From contig NC_016803.1 in NCBI RefSeq assembly GCF_000189295.2, positions 2,340,001-2,372,000 of the forward strand: DNA of 32,000 nucleotides, written 5' to 3'. The position numbers and the translations under genes were made by a program. The notes beneath the pieces were generated by a model. It saw only the letters and a program-made list of their open reading frames with translations, was not told where the DNA came from and did no database searches. This document shows, piece by piece, positions 1 to 9,721 of the stretch; the stretch's first letter is position 1; the number at the start of each line of letters is the position of its first letter. This DNA comes from Pseudodesulfovibrio mercurii (GTDB lineage: Bacteria > Desulfobacterota > Desulfovibrionia > Desulfovibrionales > Desulfovibrionaceae).

Positions 1-1133
1 CGGCGCGGTCCAGCTCCCTGAGCTACCAGATGTGGTTCACCGAGGAGCACCCGGACCTGTGCTCCCTGGGGCCCACCCGGAGCTGGCTGGAATACGCGGC
101 CGAACTGCTCTCCCAACACTTCGCCATCGGCAACGTCATGGGGCTGGACACCGCCGGATTCATGCTCCAGCACTGCGGCGTGCACGCCATCCGCGACTTC
201 ATCGTGGACGAGCGCTCGCGCATGGGCTGGCTGGACACCCAGATCCGGGTCTACCCCTTCCTGGACGCCATCCTGGGCGTGTCGGCCACCAAGGAGGAAG
301 GGGCGTCGCCCAGGGGGCGCATCGTGGTGGTGGAGCCCAACCAGCTGGACCAGGTCCGGTTCATCTGCCGCTTCCCCCAGAACGAACAGCCCCAGACCGC
401 GAACTTCAAGCACGTGCGCAAGCTGTTGCAGGCCGTGGAGGACTCGGGCCGGGTCCTGGTCTCCAACGGGACCTCGGTGCTGGGCATCGCCATCGGGCCC
501 ATGCCCGGCGCGTACCTGGCGGCCCAGTTCTCCGGGACCTACGGGTTCCTGTGGATCCGCGACCAGCTGCTGTGCAGCTTTTCCGACGGCCGGTTCCGCT
601 CCTCCAACCTGCGGGCCAACCTGGTTCAGCTGGAGGAGCAGATGCTCGAAAGCGACATGACCCCGGAAAAGCAGAACGCCCTGTTCAAGATCGCCTCGAC
701 CATGGTCAACCGGGTGCGCGACCGCAAGCACGGCTGCACCCTGGTGGTGGACATGGGCCGCGAGCCCATCACCATGTCCGGCCAGCACCTGGAGGAGCCC
801 CTGGACCTGACCAGGAGCAGCCACCTCAAGCTGGCCTGCTCCCTGGCCAAGCTGGACGGGGCCGTGCACATCGGCCGGGACCTGAAGCTGCACGGCTTCG
901 CCTGCCTCATGGACGGGCGCAGCGTGCCCGGCGAGAACCGGGCCCGGGGCGCGCGCTTCAACTCGGCCCTGCGCTTCACCGCCGAGCACGAGGACCTGGT
1001 GGTCGTGGTCGTGTCCGCCGACCGGCCCGTGTCCATCATCAAGGACGGCGTGGAACTGACCGCGCTCTGCCACTTCCAGCACATCTGCGGCCTGCGGCGG
1101 CCTCCCCTGCTGGCCGAGTGGGTCATGAGCTAG
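1..1133 (+). CDS. 5'-truncated DisA_N / diadenylate-cyclase-fold (DAC-like) domain protein with a degenerate catalytic motif
   Basis: The frame is open from the window edge (frame 3; the first ATG is at 30). The C-terminal third resembles a DAC domain: HGCTLVV, LDGAVHIG (DGA motif), RGARFNSALRF in place of GTRHRAA, and VVVVVSADRPVSIIKDG. Codons are GC3-rich and the stop is TAG at 1131-1133. Confidence 0.55.
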   Translation, partial: ARSSSLSYQMWFTEEHPDLCSLGPTRSWLEYAAELLSQHFAIGNVMGLDTAGFMLQHCGVHAIRDFIVDERSRMGWLDTQIRVYPFLDAILGVSATKEEGASPRGRIVVVEPNQLDQVRFICRFPQNEQPQTANFKHVRKLLQAVEDSGRVLVSNGTSVLGIAIGPMPGAYLAAQFSGTYGFLWIRDQLLCSFSDGRFRSSNLRANLVQLEEQMLESDMTPEKQNALFKIASTMVNRVRDRKHGCTLVVDMGREPITMSGQHLEEPLDLTRSSHLKLACSLAKLDGAVHIGRDLKLHGFACLMDGRSVPGENRARGARFNSALRFTAEHEDLVVVVVSADRPVSIIKDGVELTALCHFQHICGLRRPPLLAEWVMS

Positions 1134-1154
1134 CCGGGAGCCCGGCATTCGACC

Positions 1155-1382
1155 ATGCGCGCCGACTGGATGTCCGATCCCCTGTTCTGGGTCCTGGCCC
1201 TGCCCGCCCTGGCCGCGTCCGGGCTGCTCGTCCAGATGGTCCTGTCCCTGTTCCGCTGCTGCGCGGCCTTCAAGCTCCGGGGACGGGCCGTGCAGCTCAA
1301 GTGGTGGATGATCCCGGTCACGGCCACCACCTGCGCCGCCCTCTGGCTGCTGGCCGTCCTGTACGTCATCCTCCTCGCCTGA
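1155..1382 (+). CDS. small membrane protein with two predicted TM helices (75 aa)
   Basis: Codon usage is strongly GC3-biased. There are two hydrophobic stretches (LFWVLALPALAASGLLVQMVLSLF and MIPVTATTCAALWLLAVLYVILL). It starts 21 nt after the upstream stop and has no clear SD sequence. Confidence 0.5.
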   Translation: MRADWMSDPLFWVLALPALAASGLLVQMVLSLFRCCAAFKLRGRAVQLKWWMIPVTATTCAALWLLAVLYVILLA

Positions 1383-1392
1383 CCCTTTCCAT

Positions 1393-1411
1393 CTCATGAT
1401 AATCATTACGA
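1393..1411 (+). promoter_or_regulatory. Fur-box-like site upstream of the MCP gene
   Basis: TCTCATGATAATCATTACG was aligned by hand to the classical 19-bp box GATAATGATAATCATTATC. The core GATAATCATTAC matches 11/12 positions and the whole site about 14/19. Confidence 0.3.
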
Positions 1412-1558
1412 TTGTCAACGTAACGCAAAATCCCTCCAATGTTCACGCGAGTGTGACGCCCCTGTAACAAATCGGGTCGCCCGAATCGTTGCCCGGGGTA
1501 GGCTCTCCCCTTCCGACACACAGACCGGCACGGCCCGGCGGCGCCGTGATCAGGGGGG

Positions 1559-4117
1559 ATGATGCGACTCAGCGTGAAGATGATCTTGTTTTGCCTGCTG
1601 GCGGGGATCGTGCCCTTGGCGGGCATGGCTGGTTACAGTTTGCACACGGCCTCGGTCAGCCTGAAGGAGCAGTCCTTCAGCAAGCTGGTCTCCCTGCAGG
1701 AGGCCAAGTCCCACGAGCTGGACGGCCTGACCGAGCTGTGGAACCGGGACATCACCATGTATTCCGAGGCCAAGTACGTGTACAGCGCCCTGGTCCGGCT
1801 CCGTGACATCATCTTCTACGCGGCCCAGCCCGGCCAGCCCATGGACCTGAAGAACGAGGACTACGCCCACGCCCTGAAGCGGGTCGCCCCGGACTTCACG
1901 CCGTGGATCAAGGTGCGCGGCTATGCCGACGCCCTGATCCTGGACGACACCGGGCGCGTGGTCTTTTCCCTGGCCGGTGGCCGGGAGCTGGGCGAGGACA
2001 TCGCCAAGGGCCCCCTGGCCAAGAGCCGGCTCCTGCCCGCCTGGAAACAGGCCCTCAAGGGCGAGACCGCGTTCGTGGACTTCGCCCCCTACGAGCCGCT
2101 GGACGGGCAGCCCTGCGCCTTCATCGCCGCGCCCATCCGGCGCTACGGCGAGGGCATCGAGGGCGTGGCCGTGCTGCGCATCCCCATCGAGGCCGTGAAC
2201 CGGGTCATGCGCACCAGGGCCGGGCTGGGCGAGACCGGCGAGGCCTACCTGGTGGGCCGGGACGGGCGCATGCGCTCGGACCTGTATTCCGACCCCGAGG
2301 GGCACAGCGTGGTCGCCTCCTTTGCGGACTCCCGGTCCGGCGGCATGCGCTCCGAGCCCGCCCGACGCGCCCTTGCGGGCGAGAGCGGGCGCATGGACAG
2401 CGTGGACTACCGGGGGCGCGAGGTCCTGGCCGCCTATTCCCCGGTCAAGGTGGGCGACACCGACTGGGGGCTGGTGGCCAAGATCGACGCATCCGAGGCC
2501 CTGGCCCCGGTGCGCAACCTGAAAAACGCGGCCCTGGTCGTGTCCGGCGCATCCGTGGCGGGCATCGTCCTGATCACCCTGCTCTTCCTGCGCGTGGTCC
2601 TGCTCAAGCCGCTCAAGGAGCTGCGCGTCTACGCGGGCCGGGTGGCCGAGGGCGATCTCGCGGCCCGGCCGCGCGGCCGGTTCAAGGCCGAACTCGGCGA
2701 GGTCACCGAGGCCATCGAGCGGATGGTCCGCAACCTGGGCGAGAAGATGGGCGAGGCCGAGGAGGCTTCGCGCCTGGCGAGCAGCCGGGCCGCCGAGGCC
2801 GAGGCCGCCGCGGTCCGGGCCGAGGGCGAGCGGCGGGCGCGCACGGACGCGGCCCGCGCCCAGCGCGAGGGCATGCTCCAGGCCGCGGGCATGTTGGAGA
2901 CCGTGGTCTCGGGCATGCGCGAGGCCTCGGCCACGGTGAACCAGGAGTCCGACCGGATCATGGAGGGGGCCAACAGCCTGAGCGCCAGGGTGGAGACCAC
3001 GGCCGCGTCCATGGAGGAGCTGGCCGGGTCCATCCGCGAGGTGGCGGACAACGCCGAGACCGCGTCCAGGGAGGCGGGCAACGCCCGGCAGCGCGCCCAG
3101 GAGGGGTCCGAGGTGGTCCGGCGCACGGTGGACTCCATCGGCGACGTGCACGTCATGACCGAACAACTCAAGGGGCAGGTGGCCAGCCTGGGGACCAAGG
3201 CCGACTCCATCGGCAAGGTCATGAACGTCATTTCCGACATCGCGGACCAGACCAACCTCCTGGCCCTGAACGCGGCCATCGAGGCGGCCAGGGCGGGCGA
3301 GGCCGGGCGAGGCTTCGCCGTGGTCGCCGACGAGGTCCGCAAGCTGGCCGAGAAGACCATGGCCGCCACCCGCGAGGTGGGCGGCTCCATCGCGGCCATC
3401 CAGGCCGACGTGCGCGAGAATATCAAGGGCATGGACCGGGCCGCGACCCAGGTGGACGAGGCCAACCGGCTGGCCGGGGAATCGGGCCAGGCCCTGAACG
3501 AGATCATGGCCTTTTTCGAGACCGTGACCGGCCAGGTGGCGGCCATCGCCGCCGCCTCCACCCAGCAGTCCCATGCGGGCGAGGAGATCAACCTGGCCGT
3601 GAGCGAGGTGGACGCGGTCTCCTCCCAGACGGCCGAGGCCGTGGCCCAGACCGGCGGGGCCATCGGCGAGCTGACCGGCCAGATCGAGACCCTGTCCAAG
3701 CTCTACGGGCTGTTCATGCTGCTCGGCGAGGGCGTGGTCCAGAAGCAGGTGGAGTCCCTGGCCAAGGCCCCGGACATCATCACCGGGACCCCGTCCAGGC
3801 AGCACGGGCTGCTCCAGCGGGTGGTCCGGGAGAACCCCAGCCTGGAGATGGCCTGGGTCATCGACCCGCGCGGCGTCCAGGTGACGGAGTTCGCCATGGC
3901 CCACGGCAAGGCCGACCCCTCCAAGGGCGGCCCCGGCACCCGGTGGGACGACCGCGACTGGTTCCGCGAGCCCCTGCGCACGGGCGAAAGCTTCATCTCG
4001 AACATCTATTATTCCAAGAAGATCGACGACTACTGCCTGACCGTGGCCACGCCCGTGAAGGACCGCGGGGGGAACATCCTCTCGGTCCTGGCCGTGGACG
4101 TGCGCCACGCCCAATAG
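1559..4117 (+). CDS. methyl-accepting chemotaxis protein: periplasmic double Cache-like sensor, HAMP, MCP signalling domain, extra C-terminal Cache/PAS-like domain
   Basis: It has an N-terminal TM helix, about 300 aa of periplasmic region and a second TM helix. The canonical MCP hairpin motif [38 protein letters not shown] is present. The C-terminal 140 aa carry the Cache-type motif [51 protein letters not shown]. An AGGGGGG SD-like run lies just upstream of the ATGATG start. Confidence 0.95.
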   Translation: MMRLSVKMILFCLLAGIVPLAGMAGYSLHTASVSLKEQSFSKLVSLQEAKSHELDGLTELWNRDITMYSEAKYVYSALVRLRDIIFYAAQPGQPMDLKNEDYAHALKRVAPDFTPWIKVRGYADALILDDTGRVVFSLAGGRELGEDIAKGPLAKSRLLPAWKQALKGETAFVDFAPYEPLDGQPCAFIAAPIRRYGEGIEGVAVLRIPIEAVNRVMRTRAGLGETGEAYLVGRDGRMRSDLYSDPEGHSVVASFADSRSGGMRSEPARRALAGESGRMDSVDYRGREVLAAYSPVKVGDTDWGLVAKIDASEALAPVRNLKNAALVVSGASVAGIVLITLLFLRVVLLKPLKELRVYAGRVAEGDLAARPRGRFKAELGEVTEAIERMVRNLGEKMGEAEEASRLASSRAAEAEAAAVRAEGERRARTDAARAQREGMLQAAGMLETVVSGMREASATVNQESDRIMEGANSLSARVETTAASMEELAGSIREVADNAETASREAGNARQRAQEGSEVVRRTVDSIGDVHVMTEQLKGQVASLGTKADSIGKVMNVISDIADQTNLLALNAAIEAARAGEAGRGFAVVADEVRKLAEKTMAATREVGGSIAAIQADVRENIKGMDRAATQVDEANRLAGESGQALNEIMAFFETVTGQVAAIAAASTQQSHAGEEINLAVSEVDAVSSQTAEAVAQTGGAIGELTGQIETLSKLYGLFMLLGEGVVQKQVESLAKAPDIITGTPSRQHGLLQRVVRENPSLEMAWVIDPRGVQVTEFAMAHGKADPSKGGPGTRWDDRDWFREPLRTGESFISNIYYSKKIDDYCLTVATPVKDRGGNILSVLAVDVRHAQ

Positions 4118-4254
4118 TCGCGCAGCCGTCGGGTAATCGCCACCGGACGGTCAGGAACTCCGCGCCGCAGGCGCATACATGGGGTGCAGGGGTGCGAGCC
4201 CCATCGCTGCCGTCGCCATCTCTAAGGCTCGAAGACTCGCCAAGAGCTGGTGCT

Positions 4255-4350
4255 GCCCGCCGACAAATCCGCAGGACAGCGGATTCGGACGTTGCGGTCT
4301 TTCCGCAACGCCCCGAAGTGGGAACCCCATGGAAGGGGCGAATCAAGGCG
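4255..4350. repeat. degenerate solo hairpin module related to the extra module in repeat copy B
   Basis: CCGACAAATCCGCAGGACAGCGGATTCGGAC ... GGGGCGAATCAAGG aligns with the reverse complement of 18150-18244. No terminal inverted repeat is seen here. Confidence 0.6.
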
Positions 4351-4426
4351 AAATCACCCGACTGTCGCCGCGAAGCGGCCTTCCTCATCCGCCTTTTCTC
4401 CTCGAAAGGCCAACAAGGAGTCCGAC

Positions 4427-4591
4427 ATGCTTTGGTACGCGCACCGGATCTATACGCGGGAATTCCTTGCCGCCGGACTGCGCGACCTGTGCCGGTCGGC
4501 GCAGGCGACCAAACGCGGCATGACCCTGGTGGCGGGCGCGGCGGTGCTGGTCATGATCGCGGCCCAGGCCTCGATCATCTACGGCCTGTAG
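4427..4591 (+). CDS. possible small tail-anchored membrane protein (54 aa)
   Basis: An AAGGAG SD lies 6 nt upstream of the ATG. Codons are GC3-rich and there is a C-terminal hydrophobic helix (MTLVAGAAVLVMIAAQASIIYGL). Its 3' end overlaps the convergent gene 4579-5700 by 13 nt. Confidence 0.4.
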   Translation: MLWYAHRIYTREFLAAGLRDLCRSAQATKRGMTLVAGAAVLVMIAAQASIIYGL

Positions 4592-5700
4592 CGGCGGCGC
4601 AGGAGCGCGATCAGGACGACGGCGGCGGCCAGGCCCACGACCCAGATCAGGCCGGTGACCGGCACCACCGGACGTTCCTCGACCGTGCCCGCGGGCGGGT
4701 TGACCACCTCGGCCTTGTCCGGGGCGCGCAGGCCGAAGCGGGCCAGGGCCGTGCCGTCGAAGCGCAGCACGGGCCTGGTGGGCGGAGGCAGCAGCTCGCG
4801 CACGTCCTCGCCGTCGAGGGCCCTGCGGACCACCCTGGCCGCGTCCGCGCCCACGGCCTTGGCGGAAGTCATCCACCCCCCCACGGCCCCGCTGCCGAAA
4901 ACCTCGTCGCCGAGAAGGTAGACCGGCGCGGCGGCGCGCTCGCGGATGAGCGCGGCCACCGCCTCGTCGGTGACCGGGTTGCCGTCCCGGTCCTCGGAAA
5001 AGCCCAGGAACAGGACCACGCCCGTGGAGGGCACGCTGGCCAGGGTGTCGCCCAGGGTCTTGAGGTCGAGCCCGTTGTCGTCGCCCGGCTCGAAGCCGGG
5101 GAACAGGACCTGGGCCCGGTCGTCGAAGAGGCGCATGGCCTCGTTGACCCGGTCCATGAGCCGGGCCGATTCCTGGGTCCTGTCGGCAATGGCCACCAGC
5201 AGCCGGGTCTCCGGGCGCATGGCGAAGATGAGGGCCACGCTGCGGCGCACGGCGGAGGTCATGGCCACGCCCGTGCAGTTGCCGCACTCGGACAGGTCCG
5301 CCGGGTCGGGCCGGGCCATGGCGCAGTAGATCACCGGGGCGTCCGGAAAGAGGTTGGCGAACTTGCGGGCAAAGGCGAAGGCCGCGGCGCCCTCGGCCAC
5401 CACGACGTCGGGCGCGGCTCCGGCCAGGGTCCCGGCGAGCCGGTCGTAGGCCGCGTCAAAGGCGTCCTCGTCCGTGCCCTCGGCCGAGAGAAAGGCCTGA
5501 CGCACGGAGGCCGCGCTGCCGAGCCCCTCGATGAAGCCCGAGGCCAGGCGCTGGTTCCAGGGGGTGGGTCCGGCCCCGGAATGGAGCAGGAGCACCTCGG
5601 CGGCACCGGCCGGTCCGCAGCAGAACAACACCCCGGCCAGGGCCAGGACGGCCGTCAATCGGAAGTGTGTAACCAATGACTTTTGCAAGTGATTCTCCAT
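4579..5700 (-). CDS. periplasmic ABC-type substrate-binding-protein-like (ABC_sub_bind-like) protein with signal peptide and C-terminal TM anchor
   Basis: The N-terminal signal-like segment is LTAVLALAGVLFCCGPAGAA. It is followed by about 300 aa of alpha/beta PBP-like sequence (EVLLLHSG..., VVLFLGF, PVYLLGDE). A C-terminal TM helix (GLIWVVGLAAAVVLIALL) is followed by RRRYRP. It lies 43 nt downstream of the diguanylate cyclase gene on the same strand. Confidence 0.7.
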   Translation of the reverse strand: MENHLQKSLVTHFRLTAVLALAGVLFCCGPAGAAEVLLLHSGAGPTPWNQRLASGFIEGLGSAASVRQAFLSAEGTDEDAFDAAYDRLAGTLAGAAPDVVVAEGAAAFAFARKFANLFPDAPVIYCAMARPDPADLSECGNCTGVAMTSAVRRSVALIFAMRPETRLLVAIADRTQESARLMDRVNEAMRLFDDRAQVLFPGFEPGDDNGLDLKTLGDTLASVPSTGVVLFLGFSEDRDGNPVTDEAVAALIRERAAAPVYLLGDEVFGSGAVGGWMTSAKAVGADAARVVRRALDGEDVRELLPPPTRPVLRFDGTALARFGLRAPDKAEVVNPPAGTVEERPVVPVTGLIWVVGLAAAVVLIALLRRRYRP

Positions 5701-5743
5701 CGTCAGTTAACGAAAACTGCCGATGCGGCGGGTCTGATCCAAC

Positions 5744-6790
<1,047 letters not shown>

Positions 6791-6865
6791 GGTCGGGTTT
6801 CCCGGGCTGAAGGACTCCGAAAGGCCGGTCACGCATCCGGCCGGGCAACAAGCCGCCTCATCGGC

Positions 6866-6895
6866 TTGATAGCATCCGTCGTCGCTTCCATTCAA
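6866..6895 (-). promoter_or_regulatory. candidate sigma70-type promoter for the diguanylate cyclase operon (TTGAAT-18 nt-TATCAA on the minus strand)
   Basis: Hexamers were read by eye on the minus strand. The predicted TSS would give a leader of about 65-70 nt to the ATG at 6790. Confidence 0.3.
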
Positions 6896-7349
6896 GTGTA
6901 AAGGGGGAAAAAAGGCATAAAAAAGTGCGCCTTGCCGGGTGGCCCGGCGGGCATCAGGACCTGACATTTCAAAATATCGCTTTATGACGGCCTGGTGCTT
7001 TTATATTTGGCGCACGGTGCTCTTTCTGTGAGCGGGGCGACTCCATTCGCCACATGTGGTATCGAAGAAATCGATGTCTATTTCCTCCCACCCTCCGTCT
7101 GAGTTTGCCGTTCCCCTCATTTTCATGAGGACCTCTACCGTTGATTCAAATATACGCCCCCCGGAAAAGGGGCGCAAGGGGCCGCGGCGAACAAACCGTC
7201 ACATGGGCCGCAACCTCCGGTCAGGCTTGGAGATAAAAATGCAATTTTGTCGGAAGGCGGACCGGGTCACCGGGCAGGGACAGGCTTTTTGCGGAAAGGC
7301 CAATTATGACAAGATATTGTGCCCGCGCACAAAAGGCAAGCACAAAGAC

Positions 7350-7373
7350 GGGCACCCCTGTTTTCGGGTGCCC
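7350..7373 (-). terminator. intrinsic-terminator-like hairpin downstream of the 7399-7665 gene
   Basis: GGGCACCC-ctgttttc-GGGTGCCC forms an 8-bp GC stem. On the minus strand it is followed by the T-rich tract GTCTTTGTGCTTGCCTTTTG. Confidence 0.5.
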
Positions 7374-7398
7374 GAGGCCGTGTTGCGCCCCGAAAGGG

Positions 7399-7665
7399 CT
7401 AGGCGTCCTCGAAGGGATCGCTGATCAGGTCCAGGACCCTTGCGCGGTCCAGGAGGTGCGCGTCCGAACCCTCGGCGGCCAGGTCCAGGCCCAGCTCGCC
7501 CAGGCTCTGGTCGGCCTCGGCCGCTTCCCGGCGGCCCAGGTTGCGGGTCACGGCGGTCATGGCCTCGTCCAGGCTTTCCCCGGCACGGGCCTTGAGTTGC
7601 TCAATGCGTTCACGGGCGACCCCGGCGACATCATTCTGGGTCCCCACGGATTGGATAGCGGGCAT
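7399..7665 (-). CDS. small acidic hypothetical protein (88 aa)
   Basis: A strong AAGGAGA SD lies 5 nt upstream of the ATG at 7665 (MPAIQSVGTQND...). Codons are GC3-rich. I recognise no family. Confidence 0.6.
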   Translation of the reverse strand: MPAIQSVGTQNDVAGVARERIEQLKARAGESLDEAMTAVTRNLGRREAAEADQSLGELGLDLAAEGSDAHLLDRARVLDLISDPFEDA

Positions 7666-7730
7666 ATTCGTCTCCTTCGCGTAGTCTGCCACAACTACAG
7701 CAAAACCCGTGCTCCACAAAAAATATACCC

Positions 7731-8177
7731 TTAATCCAGCATATTATCGTTTTTATCGTCGTGCGGTGCGGCAGGTTTTGCCGCCCGGCTGACCGGAACC
7801 AGGAACAGGGTAAGGACGATGAGGACGAAGAACAGGCCATAGGCCGCCGCAAACCAGGCCGGATCAAATTCAGGAAAAAGCATCCGGCCGAGCCAGCGGG
7901 CCACGAACGAGACGGGTTCATCGGACGTCTGCCCGGCCGCCCGGCGCAGGGCCGTCTCCCACACGGTCAGGGGGCAGAGTCTTCCGGCCAGGGTCTCGGC
8001 CAGCACGAACCCCATGAGCCCCGCATGGGTCCAGCGGAACCACGGGTTGCGCACGAACCGCCACCCGAGGGCCGCGCCGATCCAGACCAGGGGCAGCCCC
8101 AGCACGAGAAACAGGGCAACGGCGAAATGGACGGCCAGGACCGCGTCCGCCCACTGGGCCGGGGCCGGACCCGTCAT
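7731..8177 (-). CDS. DUF2784-like integral membrane protein
   Basis: There are four hydrophobic segments, and the motif RNPWFRWTHAGLMGFVLAETLAGRLCPLTVWE resembles DUF2784. Its ATG overlaps the upstream stop (ATGA). Confidence 0.7.
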   Translation of the reverse strand: MTGPAPAQWADAVLAVHFAVALFLVLGLPLVWIGAALGWRFVRNPWFRWTHAGLMGFVLAETLAGRLCPLTVWETALRRAAGQTSDEPVSFVARWLGRMLFPEFDPAWFAAAYGLFFVLIVLTLFLVPVSRAAKPAAPHDDKNDNMLD

Positions 8178-9055
8178 CGGCCCGGTCCGGGCAGCCCGCG
8201 CAGGAACCGGCGCAGGCCGTCGGCATAGCCCGAGGTGCTCAGGAAGCCGCAGTTGTGATCCCCGGACAGGGCCCAGAACAGCTTGGGGCCGCCGTATCCG
8301 TCATACAGCCTGCGGCCCATGGCATAGGGCACCAGGTCGTCCTCCGGGCTGTGCAGGAACAGGGCGGGCACCCGCACCCCGGCCAGGGCGCGCTCGCTGT
8401 CGTAACGGTGACGGATCAGCCAGCGGACCGGCAACCACGGGTACTGGGCCGCGCCCATGTCCGCCACCGAGGTGAACGTGGATTCCAGGATCAGCCCGCC
8501 CGGCTCCGTGCCCGCCTCGGTCAGGTCCGCCGCCAGCCGCGCGGCCACGCCCCCGCCCAGGCTGCGCCCGAACAGGACCACGTCGCGCGGGGCAAACCCC
8601 TTCTCGCGCACCAGCCAGTCCCAGGCCGCCAAGGCGTCGCTGCGCGTGCCCCTCTCCGACGGCCTGCCCCCGCTCAACCCGTAACCCGAATAGTCGAAGG
8701 CCAGCACCGACAGCCCGAGTTGGTGAAATATCCCATACGTCTCCATCAGATACGAGACGTTGCCCCCGTTGCCGTGGCAGAGCAGCAGGACGCGCTCCGC
8801 CCCTTCGCACGGCAGCCACCAGGCATGAATTTCCGTGCCCAGCCCGTTGACCAGCCGGACGTCCTCATACCCGAGCCCGGCCTGGTCCGGCGTGGCCGCC
8901 AGCGCCCGACGCGGACAATAGACCAGCCCGCGCTGGGTCAGGAACACCCAGGCCGCAATGCCCGCATAGACCGCCAACGCGGCCGCAACCATGTCCCACA
9001 TCGTCCACATGCGCGCACCATACCACCACCTTGCGCGTTTGTGCACCCTTTCCAT
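8174..9055 (-). CDS. alpha/beta-fold hydrolase with N-terminal membrane anchor
   Basis: It has the nucleophile elbow GRSLGG, an HGNGGN oxyanion-like motif, and late D and H residues (SPEDDLVP, SGDHN). An N-terminal hydrophobic helix is present. The start is uncertain: 9055 or the internal ATG near 9010. Confidence 0.8.
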   Translation of the reverse strand: MERVHKRARWWYGARMWTMWDMVAAALAVYAGIAAWVFLTQRGLVYCPRRALAATPDQAGLGYEDVRLVNGLGTEIHAWWLPCEGAERVLLLCHGNGGNVSYLMETYGIFHQLGLSVLAFDYSGYGLSGGRPSERGTRSDALAAWDWLVREKGFAPRDVVLFGRSLGGGVAARLAADLTEAGTEPGGLILESTFTSVADMGAAQYPWLPVRWLIRHRYDSERALAGVRVPALFLHSPEDDLVPYAMGRRLYDGYGGPKLFWALSGDHNCGFLSTSGYADGLRRFLRGLPGPGR

Positions 9056-9083
9056 TTTCCGGACCTTGTTCTATTTTGCCCCC

Positions 9084-9689
9084 ATGGACATCGCAGGCAT
9101 CATCCTGGCCGGGGGCCTCGGCACCCGCATGGGCCACGTCAAGAAGGCGTTCCTGACCATCAACGGCCGGACCATCCTCGACCGGCTGCTCGCCGTGTAT
9201 CGCCCCCTGTTCCCGGAAATCCTCATCGCCGCGCGCGACAAAAACGACTACGGCGCGTATGACTACCCGGTGGCCGAAGACAGATACCCCGCCCGCTCGT
9301 CCCTGACCGGCATCCACGCGGGACTGAGCGCCATGCGGGCCGGCCACGGGTTCATGGCCGCCTGCGACGGCCCGTTCCTCCAGCCCGGTCTGGTCCGCGC
9401 GCTCCTCGACCAGGCCGAGCCCGACGACGACGTCATCATCCCGCGCAAGGAGGACGGCTACCTCGAACCGCTCTGCGCCATCTACTCCCGACGCTGCCTG
9501 CCCCACATCGAAACCCAGCTCGAACAGGAAAACTTCCGCATCATCAGCTTCTTCGACCAGGTCCGGGTCAAGGAAGTCCCGGTCGCCCTGCTCCAACACG
9601 GCGACCCCCACCACGTCTCCTTCTTCAACGTCAATTCCCCCGACGACCTGCGCCAGGCCGAACACCTGGCGGCGGAACTCGGTTTGTAG
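9084..9689 (+). CDS. mobA: molybdenum cofactor guanylyltransferase
   Basis: The sequence begins MDIAGIILAGGLGTRMG...K (the N-terminal nucleotide-binding motif LAGGxxxRMG), and size and layout are typical of MobA. I chose the ATG at 9084 because the track's longer N-terminus is not protein-like. Confidence 0.85.
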   Translation: MDIAGIILAGGLGTRMGHVKKAFLTINGRTILDRLLAVYRPLFPEILIAARDKNDYGAYDYPVAEDRYPARSSLTGIHAGLSAMRAGHGFMAACDGPFLQPGLVRALLDQAEPDDDVIIPRKEDGYLEPLCAIYSRRCLPHIETQLEQENFRIISFFDQVRVKEVPVALLQHGDPHHVSFFNVNSPDDLRQAEHLAAELGL

Positions 9690-9721
9690 GGGGCGGCACG
9701 ACGGCCAAGGGCTCGGCGGAA

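Noticed and set aside
1550-4114. An 854-aa ORF antisense to the MCP gene. Similar very long ORFs occur elsewhere: 1903-5679 (+), 9991-12093 (-), 10017-12461 (+), 13703-15637 (+, most of it), 15537-17189 (-), 18638-22105 (+) and 26729-29980 (-).
   Set aside because: Their composition is dominated by Gly, Arg, Pro, Ala, His and Asp with no recognisable motifs. They overlap genes with clear family signatures on the other strand or frame. These are classic stop-codon-poor shadow ORFs of high-GC DNA.
7290-7330. A sigma54-type promoter (GGGCAC-N-CTTGT) on the minus strand upstream of the cyclase region. A TGGCAC-containing stretch near 31480-31500 on the minus strand was also considered.
   Set aside because: Both lack the GC dinucleotide of the -12 element at the correct 12-nt distance from the -24 GG. 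The first also has the wrong spacing.
7399-7665. The idea that the 88-aa acidic protein is the anti-sigma-28 factor FlgM.
   Set aside because: Size and the disordered-looking composition fit. However, the conserved C-terminal FlgM helix pattern is not recognisable, and there are no flagellar genes nearby.
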